Origin: Synechococcus sp.
GTDB taxonomy: Bacteria > Cyanobacteriota > Cyanobacteriia > PCC-6307 > Cyanobiaceae
Direction of reading: 5' to 3'
Length of the DNA: 64,000 bases
Assembly (NCBI GenBank): GCA_047285305.1
Contig: JBJBDL010000003.1
Span: 1,952,001 to 2,016,000, forward strand
The notes below the pieces were generated by a model, which was not told the DNA's origin, ran no database searches, and saw only the letters and a list, made by a program, of their open reading frames with translations. Shown here one piece after another: positions 7,570 through 17,817 of the stretch. The translations under genes and the position numbers were made by a program. Within the stretch, counting starts at the first letter, position 1; every line of letters begins with the position of its first letter.

Positions 7570-7986
7570 ATGATTCCTGCGTTTGCCTGGGCCCTTTGCC
7601 TGATGGGGGCCGTCGTCATGGTGAGCATCGTGCTCACCGGGGCCGGACGGGCCAAAGCCGACTTCACCATGGCGGATCTTCAGGCACCTCGAGCGATGTT
7701 TGAACGGCTGCCCGCCTTCGGGCAGCGCGCCGTGTGGGCACAGGAGAACAGCTGGGAAGCACTGACCCTGGGGGCACCGGCCATGCTGTTGTGTCTGATC
7801 AGCGGAGTCAGCAGCCCCACGGCCATCGCAGCAGCGTGGATCTGGCCAGGCATCCGATTTATTTATCTGTTTGCGTATGTCGGCAACGTCCCACCCGTGA
7901 GGGGACTCTGTTGGGCTACGGGGGTTACTGCCGTTGGCATCTGCTATGTGGAGGGACTGCGGGCCGTAATCAGCGCCGCCGGCTGA
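7570..7986 (+). CDS. MAPEG family membrane protein
   Basis: RA.WAQENSWEAL motif, R..YL.AY, four hydrophobic segments. Confidence 0.85.
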   Translation: MIPAFAWALCLMGAVVMVSIVLTGAGRAKADFTMADLQAPRAMFERLPAFGQRAVWAQENSWEALTLGAPAMLLCLISGVSSPTAIAAAWIWPGIRFIYLFAYVGNVPPVRGLCWATGVTAVGICYVEGLRAVISAAG

Positions 7987-8523
7987 TCAGTCGAAATACA
8001 GAAGGCTCACCACCTTCCCCATGTCCTCAGCAGTTCGTGCACTCGCAAGCAGGGTTTCACTGTCGTGAAATGCGAGACAGATCAACTGATCACAGCGGTT
8101 GATGATCTCTTGATTGCACAAACTGCTGGCCATCGGCAAGGGCAGGTCGTCCTGCTCGGGCTTGTCCACAAGGTGCAACACCCGATCCAAGAGATCTCGG
8201 ATTTCAGGCACCTGCCGATCGAGGCTCTGGGGCAAAAGCACGGTGAGCTTGGAGGGATCCACCTCAAGACACCCGCGAATCACTGCAGCATTCACCCCCT
8301 GAGATCCGGATGTGACCAGAGAATGGCCTTCCTGCACCAGTGAGCGGGCCACCAATTCGATCAGGTGAACCGCTACAACGGGCACATGGCGGCTACCGAG
8401 AATGGCGATCCTTCGTTGACTTTTGTCCTGCAGAAGAGCGAGTTCCTGCGCAAGCGTGTCAACCCGATCAAGAGCTGGCAGATCCAGTGACTGACCCAAG
8501 GAAAACTTGCCGCCTGATTTCAT
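7987..8523 (-). CDS. DprA/Smf-related Rossmann-fold protein (short cyanobacterial type)
   Basis: IAILGSRH, LVTSGSQGVNAAVIRG. Confidence 0.85.
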   Translation of the reverse strand: MKSGGKFSLGQSLDLPALDRVDTLAQELALLQDKSQRRIAILGSRHVPVVAVHLIELVARSLVQEGHSLVTSGSQGVNAAVIRGCLEVDPSKLTVLLPQSLDRQVPEIRDLLDRVLHLVDKPEQDDLPLPMASSLCNQEIINRCDQLICLAFHDSETLLASARTAEDMGKVVSLLYFD

Positions 8524-8539
8524 CGGAAGTTAGCAACCA

Positions 8540-9637
8540 TCAGGCGTGCTGAACCGTCAGATTCAATGCATTGAAGAGCTGATCAAGCTTGCAATGCTCC
8601 TCAACAAGACGGAAGGCGTAGGTGGCCTTCACAGCTTCATGCAGGCGCACATGGCCGAAGGCCTGCTCAATCACCCCCACCGTGGCCAGAGTGTCGTGCT
8701 CCACCTTGAGCAAGGGCACATCCAATTCTTCCGCGCGATTGATCAATTGAGGGAGAGGTTCACCAGCCCCAGTCAGAATCAAACATTGGGTTGAAGCCTC
8801 GAGGGCTGCCAGCTGGATGTCGGTGCGATCAGCTCCCGTCACAACAGCCATGTTGCGTCGTTTGCGGAAGAACTCCATGGCGGAATTCACATTCATCGCG
8901 CCGATACTCAGGGTTTCCACCAGCAGTTCCTGCCGTTCCTGGCAGCAGATCACCCGGGCATTGAGGCGCCGCACCAACTCGCCGACCGTGACGCTGCGCA
9001 GCAAAGGGGAACGGGGCATGACGCCAAACACCTGCAAGCCCAGGCCCTGCAAGGCAGGAACCACCTTTCGCTCCAAGCTGTCGACCTCTTCTGGAGTGAC
9101 GGCGTTCAGCACCACTCCAACCAGACGGTCACCCAGGGTCTGCTTGGCCGCCAGCAGCGCATCCACACTGCGGCTGTCCTGCCAGAGGTGCACCAAAACG
9201 ACCTTGGCATCGAGACCTGTGGCCAGCTGCGGAAGGCTGAGGCCGTACAGCAATCCCTCCTGGAGGCTTCCCGCACATTCCAAGAGTGTGAGTCCTTCGT
9301 CAGACTCAATGCGCTGGCGCAGCTCCGCGAAACCTTGGCCAGCGTCCAACTCACCTTCGCCAAGACGTTGGGCAGCTGTTGTCGGCGACAGCAGATGCAT
9401 CGAAGGAATCAAACGCTCAGGCGACAGATTCAGCGTTTCACCAACAAATCGAACGTCGTCGTCGATGAGTGGTTGAGGCAACGGACCCTGGTTCGGATCC
9501 CAATCCAGGCTTGTAGCCAGGGGCTTTCCGAACCTGATCTGCTGTCCGGCACGAGCAAGCTGCTGGGCAATTCCAAGAACAAGGGCCGACTTCCCACTGA
9601 ACGGCTCACACGATCCGATCAACAGTGTCGTTCCCAT
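8540..9637 (-). CDS. Phosphotransacetylase N-terminal-like (BioD-like/DRTGG) family protein
   Basis: SGKS P-loop, VVTGADRTDIQLAALE DRTGG domain. Confidence 0.9.
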   Translation of the reverse strand: MGTTLLIGSCEPFSGKSALVLGIAQQLARAGQQIRFGKPLATSLDWDPNQGPLPQPLIDDDVRFVGETLNLSPERLIPSMHLLSPTTAAQRLGEGELDAGQGFAELRQRIESDEGLTLLECAGSLQEGLLYGLSLPQLATGLDAKVVLVHLWQDSRSVDALLAAKQTLGDRLVGVVLNAVTPEEVDSLERKVVPALQGLGLQVFGVMPRSPLLRSVTVGELVRRLNARVICCQERQELLVETLSIGAMNVNSAMEFFRKRRNMAVVTGADRTDIQLAALEASTQCLILTGAGEPLPQLINRAEELDVPLLKVEHDTLATVGVIEQAFGHVRLHEAVKATYAFRLVEEHCKLDQLFNALNLTVQHA

Positions 9638-9663
9638 GGATGCGATCCCTGACACCACTGAAT

Positions 9664-10049
9664 CTAGGCCTGTTCAGGAGCATCTCCGCGCTCGATCAAC
9701 AACCACTGCCAGAACCCTTGGGCAAATAGGGCTCCGATGGCTGCAGATGGGAACAATCCATCAACCCGACCACCAGCTGATGGGTGGTGACGGCGAAATC
9801 AAGATCTCCCTCGGGATGACCGGGGAAACGAAGCTGACACTCCAGCCTCTCCATCGGTGCAGCGACCCAATTCCAGCGGAGTTCGCAGGGGTGTTCGTTG
9901 CTTCTGGCCACCGGACGCCGCGCCTGCAGTGCTCCACGGCCCAGTATCTGCAAGGCTTCTGATAGATCCTACTGGCGACTGACGCCACCGCGGTAGGGAG
10001 TGAACAGAACCAGTTGGGCGGCATCTGACGCAGCTGGTGCTTGATTCGC
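9664..10049 (-). pseudogene. ebsA: Type IV pilus-associated EbsA homolog, inactivated
   Basis: Reconstructs to ..QLVLFTPYRGGVSRQ*DLSEALQILGRG...LECQLRF...LP/FWQWLL; TAG at 9969-9971, frameshift ~9715, no canonical start at the presumed 5' end; sits beside the pta-like gene as ebsA usually does. Confidence 0.7.
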
Positions 10050-10085
10050 GCTCCGCTCGTTTCAAGGATGCACCAAGCTGGCCCC

Positions 10086-10805
10086 ATGGCCCAGTCCCCC
10101 TTTCTTGGCAAACGGATCGGCATCACAGGCGCTCGTGGAGCCCTTGGCGCAGCCCTGGCCCGTTGCTTCCGTTCCGCAGGCGCACACGTCATCGGTTTCA
10201 CCCACGGATCCATACCTCCAGTGCAAGCAGATGGCCCACACCGTTGGGTGAGCTGGAGCTGCGGAGACGAAGCCAGCTTGGACGCCGATCTGGAGGAGCT
10301 CGATGTTCTGGTGCTGAACCACGGGATCAATCCTCAAGGCGGTCAAAGCCCTGAAGTGATCAATCAGGCGCTGGAGATCAACACCTTGAGCAGCTGGAGG
10401 CTGATGCAGCGATTTGAGGCCATCAGCAGAGCATCACCGCAGGTTGATCCGAGGGAGGTGTGGATCAACACCTCAGAGGCTGAAATTCAGCCTGCCGTCA
10501 GTCCCGTGTATGAACTCACCAAGCGAATGCTGGGGCAACTTGTGAGCATCCGCGGTGCGGTGCTTGATGCCACCGGACGCGAAGCCCTGATCCTGCGCAA
10601 GCTGGTGCTCGGCCCTTTTCGCTCGTCACTCAATCCGATTGGGGTGATGGGCGCCGATTTCGTCGCCAACCAGGTGCTGCGCCAGGCGAGCTGGGGATTT
10701 CGCCTGGTGATCGTGACACCAAACCCAATGACATATGTCTTGATGCCTCTGACCGAGCTTGGACGGCGGACCTACAGCCGGATCCTCAGTCGCCCCGATC
10801 TGTAA
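10086..10805 (+). CDS. Short-chain dehydrogenase/reductase
   Basis: [20 protein letters not shown] catalytic YxxxK. Confidence 0.9.
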   Translation: MAQSPFLGKRIGITGARGALGAALARCFRSAGAHVIGFTHGSIPPVQADGPHRWVSWSCGDEASLDADLEELDVLVLNHGINPQGGQSPEVINQALEINTLSSWRLMQRFEAISRASPQVDPREVWINTSEAEIQPAVSPVYELTKRMLGQLVSIRGAVLDATGREALILRKLVLGPFRSSLNPIGVMGADFVANQVLRQASWGFRLVIVTPNPMTYVLMPLTELGRRTYSRILSRPDL

Positions 10806-11631
10806 GGATCTCGCATCCATCACTGGTCACCAGAACAGTGTGCTCCCACTGCGCAGAGAGAGAGCCATCGCGGGTCACGACAGTCCACTGATCCCGCAAG
10901 GTGCGGCAGGCCTTACTGCCAGCATTGAGGATGGGCTCAATAGCCAGAGTCATGCCAGGACGCAGAGTGACGTTGGGGAGCTCGTCTGTGCGGAAGTTGA
11001 ACACGGAAGGTTCTTCGTGCAGGTTCCGGCCGACACCGTGGCCGGTGTAATCCTCCACAACACTGAAACCGTTGGTCTTGACATGGTCTTCAACGGCTCC
11101 AGCGATATCCAGCAGAGTGTTGCCTGCTTTGACCTGGCTCAGACCAGCCATCAAGGCTTCCTTGGCAACACGGCTCAAGGTCTGTGCTTCCTGGGGCGCA
11201 TCTCCCACGCAGATCGTGATGCAGCTGTCTCCGTGGTAGCCCTCGAAGTAGGCGCCGGTATCCACCTTCAGCAGATCGCCCTGGCGGATCACACGCTTCG
11301 GACTGGGGATGCCATGAACCACCTCGTTGTTGATGCTGGCGCAGATGCTCGCCGGAAAACCGTGATACCCCTTGAAACTTGGGGTCGCCCCCATCTCTCG
11401 AATGCGTTTTTCCGCATAGGCATCAATATCTCCCGTCGTCTGGCCGGGCTCCACCATTCCCATCACCTCCCGCAGCACGGTGGCGACGATGTGGCTGGCC
11501 TGGCGCATGATCTTCACTTCACGGGCTGATTTGATCTCAACGCCGCGACGCTTCTGAATGCGCGGACCAGTCGCCGTCACTTGCCCCTGCGCTGCCTGGG
11601 TGGATGCCAGAAGATCAGCAAAGAGATTCAT
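10786..11631 (-). CDS. map: Methionine aminopeptidase type I
   Basis: [28 protein letters not shown]. Confidence 0.97.
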   Translation of the reverse strand: MNLFADLLASTQAAQGQVTATGPRIQKRRGVEIKSAREVKIMRQASHIVATVLREVMGMVEPGQTTGDIDAYAEKRIREMGATPSFKGYHGFPASICASINNEVVHGIPSPKRVIRQGDLLKVDTGAYFEGYHGDSCITICVGDAPQEAQTLSRVAKEALMAGLSQVKAGNTLLDIAGAVEDHVKTNGFSVVEDYTGHGVGRNLHEEPSVFNFRTDELPNVTLRPGMTLAIEPILNAGSKACRTLRDQWTVVTRDGSLSAQWEHTVLVTSDGCEILTDRGD

Positions 11632-11684
11632 GGCTCAGCCCAATATCCGTCACGCTATCAACAGCAACCGAATTGATGCCGGTC

Positions 11685-11972
11685 ATGTCGCTGCTTGTGC
11701 GCTTGCGGGAACTGCATCGAAGCGTTGCACCCTTCGTTCTGGCGCCCTTGCTGGTGACGGTGTTCTCCGGTGTCAGTTACCGCATAGCCCGGGACTGGTT
11801 CGGAGCCAGCCGAGAACAGGTTCACTGGTTAATGGTGGTGCACGAGGGGGAATGGCTTGGTTCCACCCTGGAACCGGTCGTCGTTCTTCTCAACGCCATC
11901 GGCCTGCTGTGGATGCTGATCACAGGCATAGGGCTCCTGATGGAGCGATGGCGTCGAAAGGTACACTCATAG
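11685..11972 (+). CDS. PepSY-associated TM domain small membrane protein
   Basis: R.LHR..AP....PLL....SG, WLM.VHEGEW pattern; two to three TM segments. Confidence 0.7.
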   Translation: MSLLVRLRELHRSVAPFVLAPLLVTVFSGVSYRIARDWFGASREQVHWLMVVHEGEWLGSTLEPVVVLLNAIGLLWMLITGIGLLMERWRRKVHS

Positions 11973-11997
11973 TTTGGCGATTCAACGCGGAGCTGGG

Positions 11998-12474
11998 ATG
12001 GCAGCCGATTCGAAGGACACAGCGGTGACCGACGACAACACCGAAACGGCTGTGGAAACAGCACCTGAGGCCACAGCGGCGAAGTCCAGCAAGGCTTCTG
12101 GCGCCCCTGCGAAGAAACTGAGCCCTGAAGCTCTGATTCGCTCCTTTGAGTCGTCCCAGCAGAAGGATGATCTGCCTGAGATCTACGTGGGAGACACCGT
12201 GCGCGTTGGTGTTCGCATCAGCGAGGGCAACAAGGAGCGTGTTCAGCCTTACGAAGGCGTGGTGATTTCCAAGCGCCATGGTGGCCTAAACCAGACCATC
12301 ACCGTGCGCCGGATTTTCCAGGGCATCGGCGTTGAGCGGGTGTTCATGCTGCATAGCCCACAGGTGGCTTCCATCAAGGTGGAACGGCGCGGTAAAGTGC
12401 GCAGGGCGAAGCTTTTCTATCTGCGGGAACGGGTGGGCAAGGCCACCCGCGTGAAGCAGCGCTTCGATCGCTGA
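11998..12474 (+). CDS. rplS: 50S ribosomal protein L19
   Basis: [32 protein letters not shown]. Confidence 0.98.
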   Translation: MAADSKDTAVTDDNTETAVETAPEATAAKSSKASGAPAKKLSPEALIRSFESSQQKDDLPEIYVGDTVRVGVRISEGNKERVQPYEGVVISKRHGGLNQTITVRRIFQGIGVERVFMLHSPQVASIKVERRGKVRRAKLFYLRERVGKATRVKQRFDR

Positions 12475-12533
12475 GGTCTCGACCTCGTTCAATCAGTTGC
12501 CAACTAAACGTTGGCTGAGGGGTACATCGCCTT

Positions 12534-12606
12534 GCGCCGTTAGTTCAGTTGGTAGAACGCAGGTCTCCAAAACCTGATGTCGGGGGTTCGAGTCCTCCAC
12601 GGCGCG
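12534..12606 (+). tRNA. trnW: tRNA-Trp(CCA)
   Basis: Acceptor GCGCCGT/ACGGCGC, anticodon arm CAGGT-CTCCAAA-ACCTG, T-loop GGTTCGAGTCC. Confidence 0.97.
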
Positions 12607-12643
12607 TCCGATGTCCCCCTCGTGCAGTTTCCCGGTTCTGAGC

Positions 12644-12832
12644 ATGGAGTTGGATCTTCAACCTGGTGATGTTGTGAAGGTGTTGGAGTCAGCCGCCCTC
12701 GGCTGGGTCCGTGCCCGAGTGATACGCGTCAAGTCCGGCGGCCGTGTGGTCGTTCAGAGCGATCAAGGGCGTGAATTCACAGCCCGCGGCAATCAGGTTC
12801 GGCTCATCGAACCTGCAGGATTCCGTCCCTGA
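12644..12832 (+). CDS. hcp: Prochlorococcus/Synechococcus hyperconserved protein (PSHCP)
   Basis: 62 aa MELDLQPGDVVKVLESAALGWVRARV... in its known rplS-trnW-hcp-trnD-gltX context. Confidence 0.92.
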   Translation: MELDLQPGDVVKVLESAALGWVRARVIRVKSGGRVVVQSDQGREFTARGNQVRLIEPAGFRP

Positions 12833-12873
12833 ATCGTTGGTCATTCGGCGTTGAGCCGAAGTTATTCCTCATG

Positions 12874-12903
12874 TCCCGGCGACTTTGTTGTCGGGATTTT
12901 TTT
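12874..12903 (+). terminator. Rho-independent terminator after hcp
   Basis: TCCCGGCGAC-TTT-GTTGTCGGGA stem (with G-U pairs) followed by a T7 run. Confidence 0.8.
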
Positions 12904-12950
12904 ATGGCGGCGCCCGGATGACAAAACCAGGCTGATCCATTGCTCAGTTG

Positions 12951-12980
12951 TTGACGGAGGGCAGGGCGACAGTTGATACT
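12951..12980 (+). promoter_or_regulatory. Putative sigma70 promoter for trnD-gltX
   Basis: TTGACG, 18-nt spacer, GATACT. Confidence 0.45.
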
Positions 12981-13048
12981 GATCAGGTCGCACAAGCGAT
13001 ACAGATCAGATTCTTCGGAGCGCGTCTCGCGAGTTCTGAATCAGATCT

Positions 13049-13122
13049 GGGACCGTAGTTCAACCGGTTAGAGCACCGCCCTGTCACGGCGGAAGTTGCG
13101 GGTTCGAATCCCGTCGGTCCCG
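13049..13122 (+). tRNA. trnD: tRNA-Asp(GTC)
   Basis: GGGACCG/CGGTCCC acceptor; CCGCC-CTGTCAC-GGCGG anticodon arm; GGTTCGAATCC. Confidence 0.97.
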
Positions 13123-13143
13123 TTCTCACCACCAAGATCCACG

Positions 13144-14577
13144 ATGGTGCGCGTTCGATTGGCCCCCAGCCCGACGGGCACGCTCCATATTGGAACGGCG
13201 CGAACCGCTGTTTTCAATTGGCTCTACGCCAAGCACGAGCATGGAGCCTTCGTGCTGCGCATTGAAGACACCGACAAGGAGCGGTCCAAGCCCGAGTACA
13301 CCCAAAACATTCTCGAAGGCTTGCAGTGGCTCGGGATCAATTGGGACGAAGAACCCGTCATCCAGAGCGAACGGGTGGGTCAGCATCGTGACGCCATACA
13401 GACCCTGCTCGATCGGGGATTGGCCTACCGCTGCTACGCCAGCGAAACGGAACTCACGGCCATGCGCGATGCGCAGAAAGCGGCCAATCAAGCGCCGCGC
13501 TACGACAACCGCCACAGGTCTCTTACGACCGAACAGGAACAGGCGTTTCAGGCAGAGGGCCGTGAAGCTGTGATTCGCTTTCGCATTGATGACGCTGCCG
13601 AAATTCGCTGGAATGATCTGGTGCGTGGCGCCATGAGCTGGCGAGGCTCAGACCTTGGCGGAGACATGGTGATTGCCCGTCGCGCCCCGGCGGATCAAAT
13701 CGGCGACCCCCTCTACAACCTTGTTGTGGTGGTGGATGACGCCGAGATGGAAATCACCCATGTGATCCGCGGTGAAGATCACATTGCCAACACCGCCAAG
13801 CAACTGCTCCTCTACGAAGCGCTGGGCCTGCCCTTGCCGACCTTTGCCCACGCTCCTCTCATCCTCAATGCCGAGGGACGCAAGCTCTCAAAACGGGATG
13901 GTGTGACCTCCATCAACGACTTCCGCGCCATGGGCTACACCCCTGACGCCATCGCCAACTACATGACCTTGTTGGGGTGGTCCGTACCGGAGGGCATGGA
14001 AGAACGGTTCAGCTTGAGTGAGGCCGCAGCCGTTTTTGGTTTCGACCGCGTCAACAAAGCCGGAGCGCGTTTCGACTGGGACAAGCTCAACTGGCTGAAT
14101 GCCCAGGTTCTGCACGGCTGGACGGCGGATCATCTTCTGAAGGAACTAACGCCGCTTTGGACCGAACGGGGGTGGACCCCTGCCAGCGACAAGAGCTGGT
14201 GCCTGGACCTCTGCGCCTTGCTGGGGCCATCTCTCACCCTGCTCAAAGATGGCGTCGATCAGGCGAAACCGTTCTTTGAACGTCCGGACCTCCAGGAAGA
14301 TGCGCTCGAGCAACTCGCGATCGAAGGAGCCAAGGCAGCTATTGCCGACCTGCTTCAGCGGCTTGAGAACAACCCTTGGGACGGCAGCGACGTCGATCAA
14401 GCCAAGGCTTGGCTGGGGGATGCCGCCAAAGCAGCCGGTGTGAAGAAAGGGGTTGTGATGAAATCCTTGCGCGCAGCACTGCTGGGGCGTCTTCAAGGCC
14501 CCGATCTGATCACCACGTGGTCATTATTGGCCCGAATCGGTGAGGACCTGCCGCGGCTGCGCCGCTGCCTTGGCTGA
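13144..14577 (+). CDS. gltX: Glutamate--tRNA ligase
   Basis: [11 protein letters not shown] (HIGH) and KLSKR (KMSKS) motifs. Confidence 0.98.
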   Translation: MVRVRLAPSPTGTLHIGTARTAVFNWLYAKHEHGAFVLRIEDTDKERSKPEYTQNILEGLQWLGINWDEEPVIQSERVGQHRDAIQTLLDRGLAYRCYASETELTAMRDAQKAANQAPRYDNRHRSLTTEQEQAFQAEGREAVIRFRIDDAAEIRWNDLVRGAMSWRGSDLGGDMVIARRAPADQIGDPLYNLVVVVDDAEMEITHVIRGEDHIANTAKQLLLYEALGLPLPTFAHAPLILNAEGRKLSKRDGVTSINDFRAMGYTPDAIANYMTLLGWSVPEGMEERFSLSEAAAVFGFDRVNKAGARFDWDKLNWLNAQVLHGWTADHLLKELTPLWTERGWTPASDKSWCLDLCALLGPSLTLLKDGVDQAKPFFERPDLQEDALEQLAIEGAKAAIADLLQRLENNPWDGSDVDQAKAWLGDAAKAAGVKKGVVMKSLRAALLGRLQGPDLITTWSLLARIGEDLPRLRRCLG

Positions 14578-15786
14578 GGCAGGCTCGTCATCCTCGGCTT
14601 TGACCAGGCCAAGAGCCTGAGCCAACGGTTGGGCCGTGAGGCCCTGGAGACCAACAGTCATCAGGATGGTAAGGAACACCAAACCCTGAAGGCGTCCTGC
14701 CCCCAAGATGCCGGCCTGCTCCAAGCGAATCGCGAATAGAGAGGCCACCGCTGCGGTGACGATGCCTCGCGGAGCGAGCCAACCCAGAAAAAGTCGTTGC
14801 TCAAGCTTGTAGGGCAACCCGATGGTGGCCAAACCCACGCCGATCGGACGCACCACAAGCATCAACGACAGCACGCAGAGGATGCCGCCCCAACCCAGCG
14901 GACTGAGTTCAGCCCAGGAGACGTCAGCAGCCAGCAGCGGAAACAGCATCGTGATCGCCAACTGCGCCAGTTCCTGAATCAAACCATCCAATTCAGCGGT
15001 GTGAGGGCCTGGACGTCGACCGACAACGATGCCCGCCGCCACTGAAGCAGGCAGGGCGGATTCCGGCAGCAGCCACTCACTGACGCCATACATCAGAAAC
15101 AGCAAACCCAGACTGAGCTGAAGCGGCAGTCCCTTCAACTGATCGGGTTTGAGCCGTCGCAGCAGCTCAGACAGCAGCCAGCCGACGCTCGCGCCAATCA
15201 GAACACCACCACCCAATCGATACAGCAGGCCGAGCATCACCTCACGCCAGCCGTGCAGGTTGCCAAGGACAAGCTCCAACAGCAGCAGGGCTAAAACGGC
15301 ACCGATGGGCTCAAGCACCAGTCCCTCAGCCTCCAGGACTTCGCCCAGAGGAGGTGCGAGCCGAATTTGACGCACCAGGGGTGTGACCACCGTTGGCCCC
15401 GTGGCTAGCACGATGGCACTGAACACAGCCGCAAGCGACCAGCTGAGGCCCGCAAGCCAATGGGCCGCCAACAGACCGCCTCCCAGGGAAATCAACAGAC
15501 GCAGGGCTGCGATGCGCTGCACCGTGGCCTTGATCGTGTCTCCAGGCAGACGCAGATTCAGTCCGCCATCGAACAGCACCAAGCTGACAAGAAGACCCAC
15601 CACGGTTCCAAGCCCGGAGCCGAGATCAAGGGGTTCCACCCAACCCAGACCAGAGCGACCGATCAGCAGCCCCGACAGGAGCAGCAACACCACCCCAGGA
15701 AATTCGGACTTGGCCGCCAGAAAACGGGCTGCAGCACCCGAGGAAACCGTGACGCCCCAGAGGAGGCCCAGACGCTCAGGCGTCAT
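14524..15786 (-). CDS. Cation:proton antiporter (CPA1/NhaP type)
   Basis: Multi-[26 protein letters not shown]. Confidence 0.9.
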   Translation of the reverse strand: MTPERLGLLWGVTVSSGAAARFLAAKSEFPGVVLLLLSGLLIGRSGLGWVEPLDLGSGLGTVVGLLVSLVLFDGGLNLRLPGDTIKATVQRIAALRLLISLGGGLLAAHWLAGLSWSLAAVFSAIVLATGPTVVTPLVRQIRLAPPLGEVLEAEGLVLEPIGAVLALLLLELVLGNLHGWREVMLGLLYRLGGGVLIGASVGWLLSELLRRLKPDQLKGLPLQLSLGLLFLMYGVSEWLLPESALPASVAAGIVVGRRPGPHTAELDGLIQELAQLAITMLFPLLAADVSWAELSPLGWGGILCVLSLMLVVRPIGVGLATIGLPYKLEQRLFLGWLAPRGIVTAAVASLFAIRLEQAGILGAGRLQGLVFLTILMTVGLQGLTAQPLAQALGLVKAEDDEPASAKAAAQPRQVLTDSGQ

Positions 15787-16021
15787 CGACAGAGGAGAAC
15801 TGAGGTTCCACGCGCACGCCGATCACCGCTTTGGGGCGTACGACCAGATACTCGCCCTCCAGATCACTGAGGGGAACGTTGACAAAACCGCCCTGTTTCT
15901 CGGCATTGACCACCCCTTGGTACCACTCCTGGAAGGTCTCGAGTTTCGGAAAAAACACCCGTTCGGTTTGCCCTCCCACAAGGTGGAGATGGACGGCGTA
16001 GCGGCGGGGCGTACGGGACAT
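15776..16021 (-). CDS. Conserved hypothetical protein
   Basis: 81 aa ORF overlapping both neighbours, host-like codon usage. Confidence 0.75.
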   Translation of the reverse strand: MSRTPRRYAVHLHLVGGQTERVFFPKLETFQEWYQGVVNAEKQGGFVNVPLSDLEGEYLVVRPKAVIGVRVEPQFSSVDDA

Positions 16022-16647
16022 CAGCGCGGAAAGACATCCATCACGGTCCCCACAGGATGACGGATCGGTTCCGGGTCTGCCCAGAGAAAAGGGCGAAGAC
16101 AGGCGTTACGCGGGGCATAGAGCGGATGGCGCGGTTGCCCCGAGGCCGTCTGCCCCAGCATCAGAGGATGCGGTGAGTCGGGAACGGAGCGTCGGCGTTG
16201 CGGCAGCAAACGCTGAATGTTTCCAAGAACCAGCTGAGCCCGGTCCCATCGCGCCCCATTCGCCCCCCATCCACACCAGAGATCGACCCCAGATGTTCGG
16301 GACCAGTAGTTGAACCAGTGGTTCAAGATCACGTCGTTCTGCTCACCGATGGGGTCCTTCACCCGCAGCAGCGCCTCCGGAGACGGCGACATCCGGGCGA
16401 ACAGATTCAGCACCAGCAACTCCCGATATCCCCATTGCCCGGCGAAGCCGATCAAACGGCGCAGGGTCGGATCATCACGCTGGCCATCAGCTCTCGAGGG
16501 ATTCAGACCCACGAAAAGCAGGCACCCGTCGCCGGCACCCAGGCAGCGCCGCAGCCACCAGCGGTAACAGCCATCGCTGCTGATAGACGCTTCAGACCCC
16601 GAGCTGACGCCGGCAGCGCTCAAGGATGCGTTCGCTGGCGTAACCAT
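16021..16647 (-). CDS. DUF1643 domain protein (start uncertain)
   Basis: YRWWLRR, FVGLNPS.AD..RDDPTLRR, NLFA, WG, PRHPLY motifs. Confidence 0.85.
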   Translation of the reverse strand: MVTPANASLSAAGVSSGSEASISSDGCYRWWLRRCLGAGDGCLLFVGLNPSRADGQRDDPTLRRLIGFAGQWGYRELLVLNLFARMSPSPEALLRVKDPIGEQNDVILNHWFNYWSRTSGVDLWCGWGANGARWDRAQLVLGNIQRLLPQRRRSVPDSPHPLMLGQTASGQPRHPLYAPRNACLRPFLWADPEPIRHPVGTVMDVFPR

Positions 16648-17704
16648 CACCAAAGGGGTTAACGGCGCGGGACATCTCTTGATAGGCCGTGGCATCCCCA
16701 AGCAGCCGCGAGGTCTCTTCCAGGATCACATCGGGATCGGTGCCCACCAGCCGGGCTGTTCCTGCATCAACGGCCTCCGGCCGCTCTGTGGTGCGACGCA
16801 GAACCAGCACGGGTTTGCCGAGCGCAGGGGCTTCCTCCTGGAGACCACCGGAATCGGTGAGCAACAGGGAGCAGCCCTTCATCGCTGCGACGAGACGGTC
16901 GTAGTCCAGAGGTTCGGTCAGAACGACACGGGGATGGCTTCCAAGCAGGGCCTGCAGCGGTTCTCGCACCGTCGGGTTGCGGTGCATCGGCAGCAACAGC
17001 GCCGTATCGGGATAACGCTCAAGCACCTGCAGCATTCCTGCAGCGATGTCGTTCAGCCGCTCACCCCAGTTTTCACGGCGATGCACCGTGGCGAGGATCA
17101 CCCTCTGTTGACCCCAGTTGAGGCCTTCAAACCGAACATCTGGCGCCAATTTTGCCATCAACAACAAGGCATCGATCACGGTGTTGCCGGTCACGGCGAT
17201 CTCCCCGACCACACCGGATGCTTTCAGGTTGGATTCGGCCTTGAGCGTCGGCGCGAAATGAAGGGTTGCGATCTGAGAAAGGAGCCGACGGTTGGCTTCT
17301 TCGGGGAATGGATCCAGAAGATTGTCGGTGCGCAGACCGGCCTCCACATGACCAACCGGGATCTGCTCGTAAAACGCAGCCAAACCAGCGGCAAACGCCG
17401 TGGTGGTGTCGCCCTGCACCAGAACCAACTGCGGGGGGTAGGCCTGAAAGTCTTCCCGCAGCCCTTGCAGCGCAGCACAGGTGACATGGGTCAGGGTCTG
17501 ACGGGGTGCCATCAGATTGAGATCCTGATCCGCCTGGAGATGGAACAGATCCATCACCTGGCCCACCATTTCGCGGTGCTGACCGGTCAGGACGACTCGG
17601 GTCTGCAATGCATCACAGGCTTGAAACGTCCGGATGACCGGCGCCAGCTTGATCGCCTCGGGACGCGTTCCCAAAACGATCGTGACGCGGGGCTGTTCAG
17701 CCAT
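16592..17704 (-). CDS. wecB: UDP-N-acetylglucosamine 2-epimerase (non-hydrolysing)
   Basis: GTRPEAIK, QGDTTT, HVEAGLR, DSGGLQEEAP. Confidence 0.96.
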   Translation of the reverse strand: MAEQPRVTIVLGTRPEAIKLAPVIRTFQACDALQTRVVLTGQHREMVGQVMDLFHLQADQDLNLMAPRQTLTHVTCAALQGLREDFQAYPPQLVLVQGDTTTAFAAGLAAFYEQIPVGHVEAGLRTDNLLDPFPEEANRRLLSQIATLHFAPTLKAESNLKASGVVGEIAVTGNTVIDALLLMAKLAPDVRFEGLNWGQQRVILATVHRRENWGERLNDIAAGMLQVLERYPDTALLLPMHRNPTVREPLQALLGSHPRVVLTEPLDYDRLVAAMKGCSLLLTDSGGLQEEAPALGKPVLVLRRTTERPEAVDAGTARLVGTDPDVILEETSRLLGDATAYQEMSRAVNPFGDGYASERILERCRRQLGV

Positions 17705-17817
17705 TCCATCCGGACGGACCGCTGGAGTTTACGGGCGTCAACCCCGAGAGAACAGTGAGAAATCCTTGCCAGCCCCAGCATCGAGACGATCCTGAGGAAA
17801 GATCCCTAGCCATCAAC

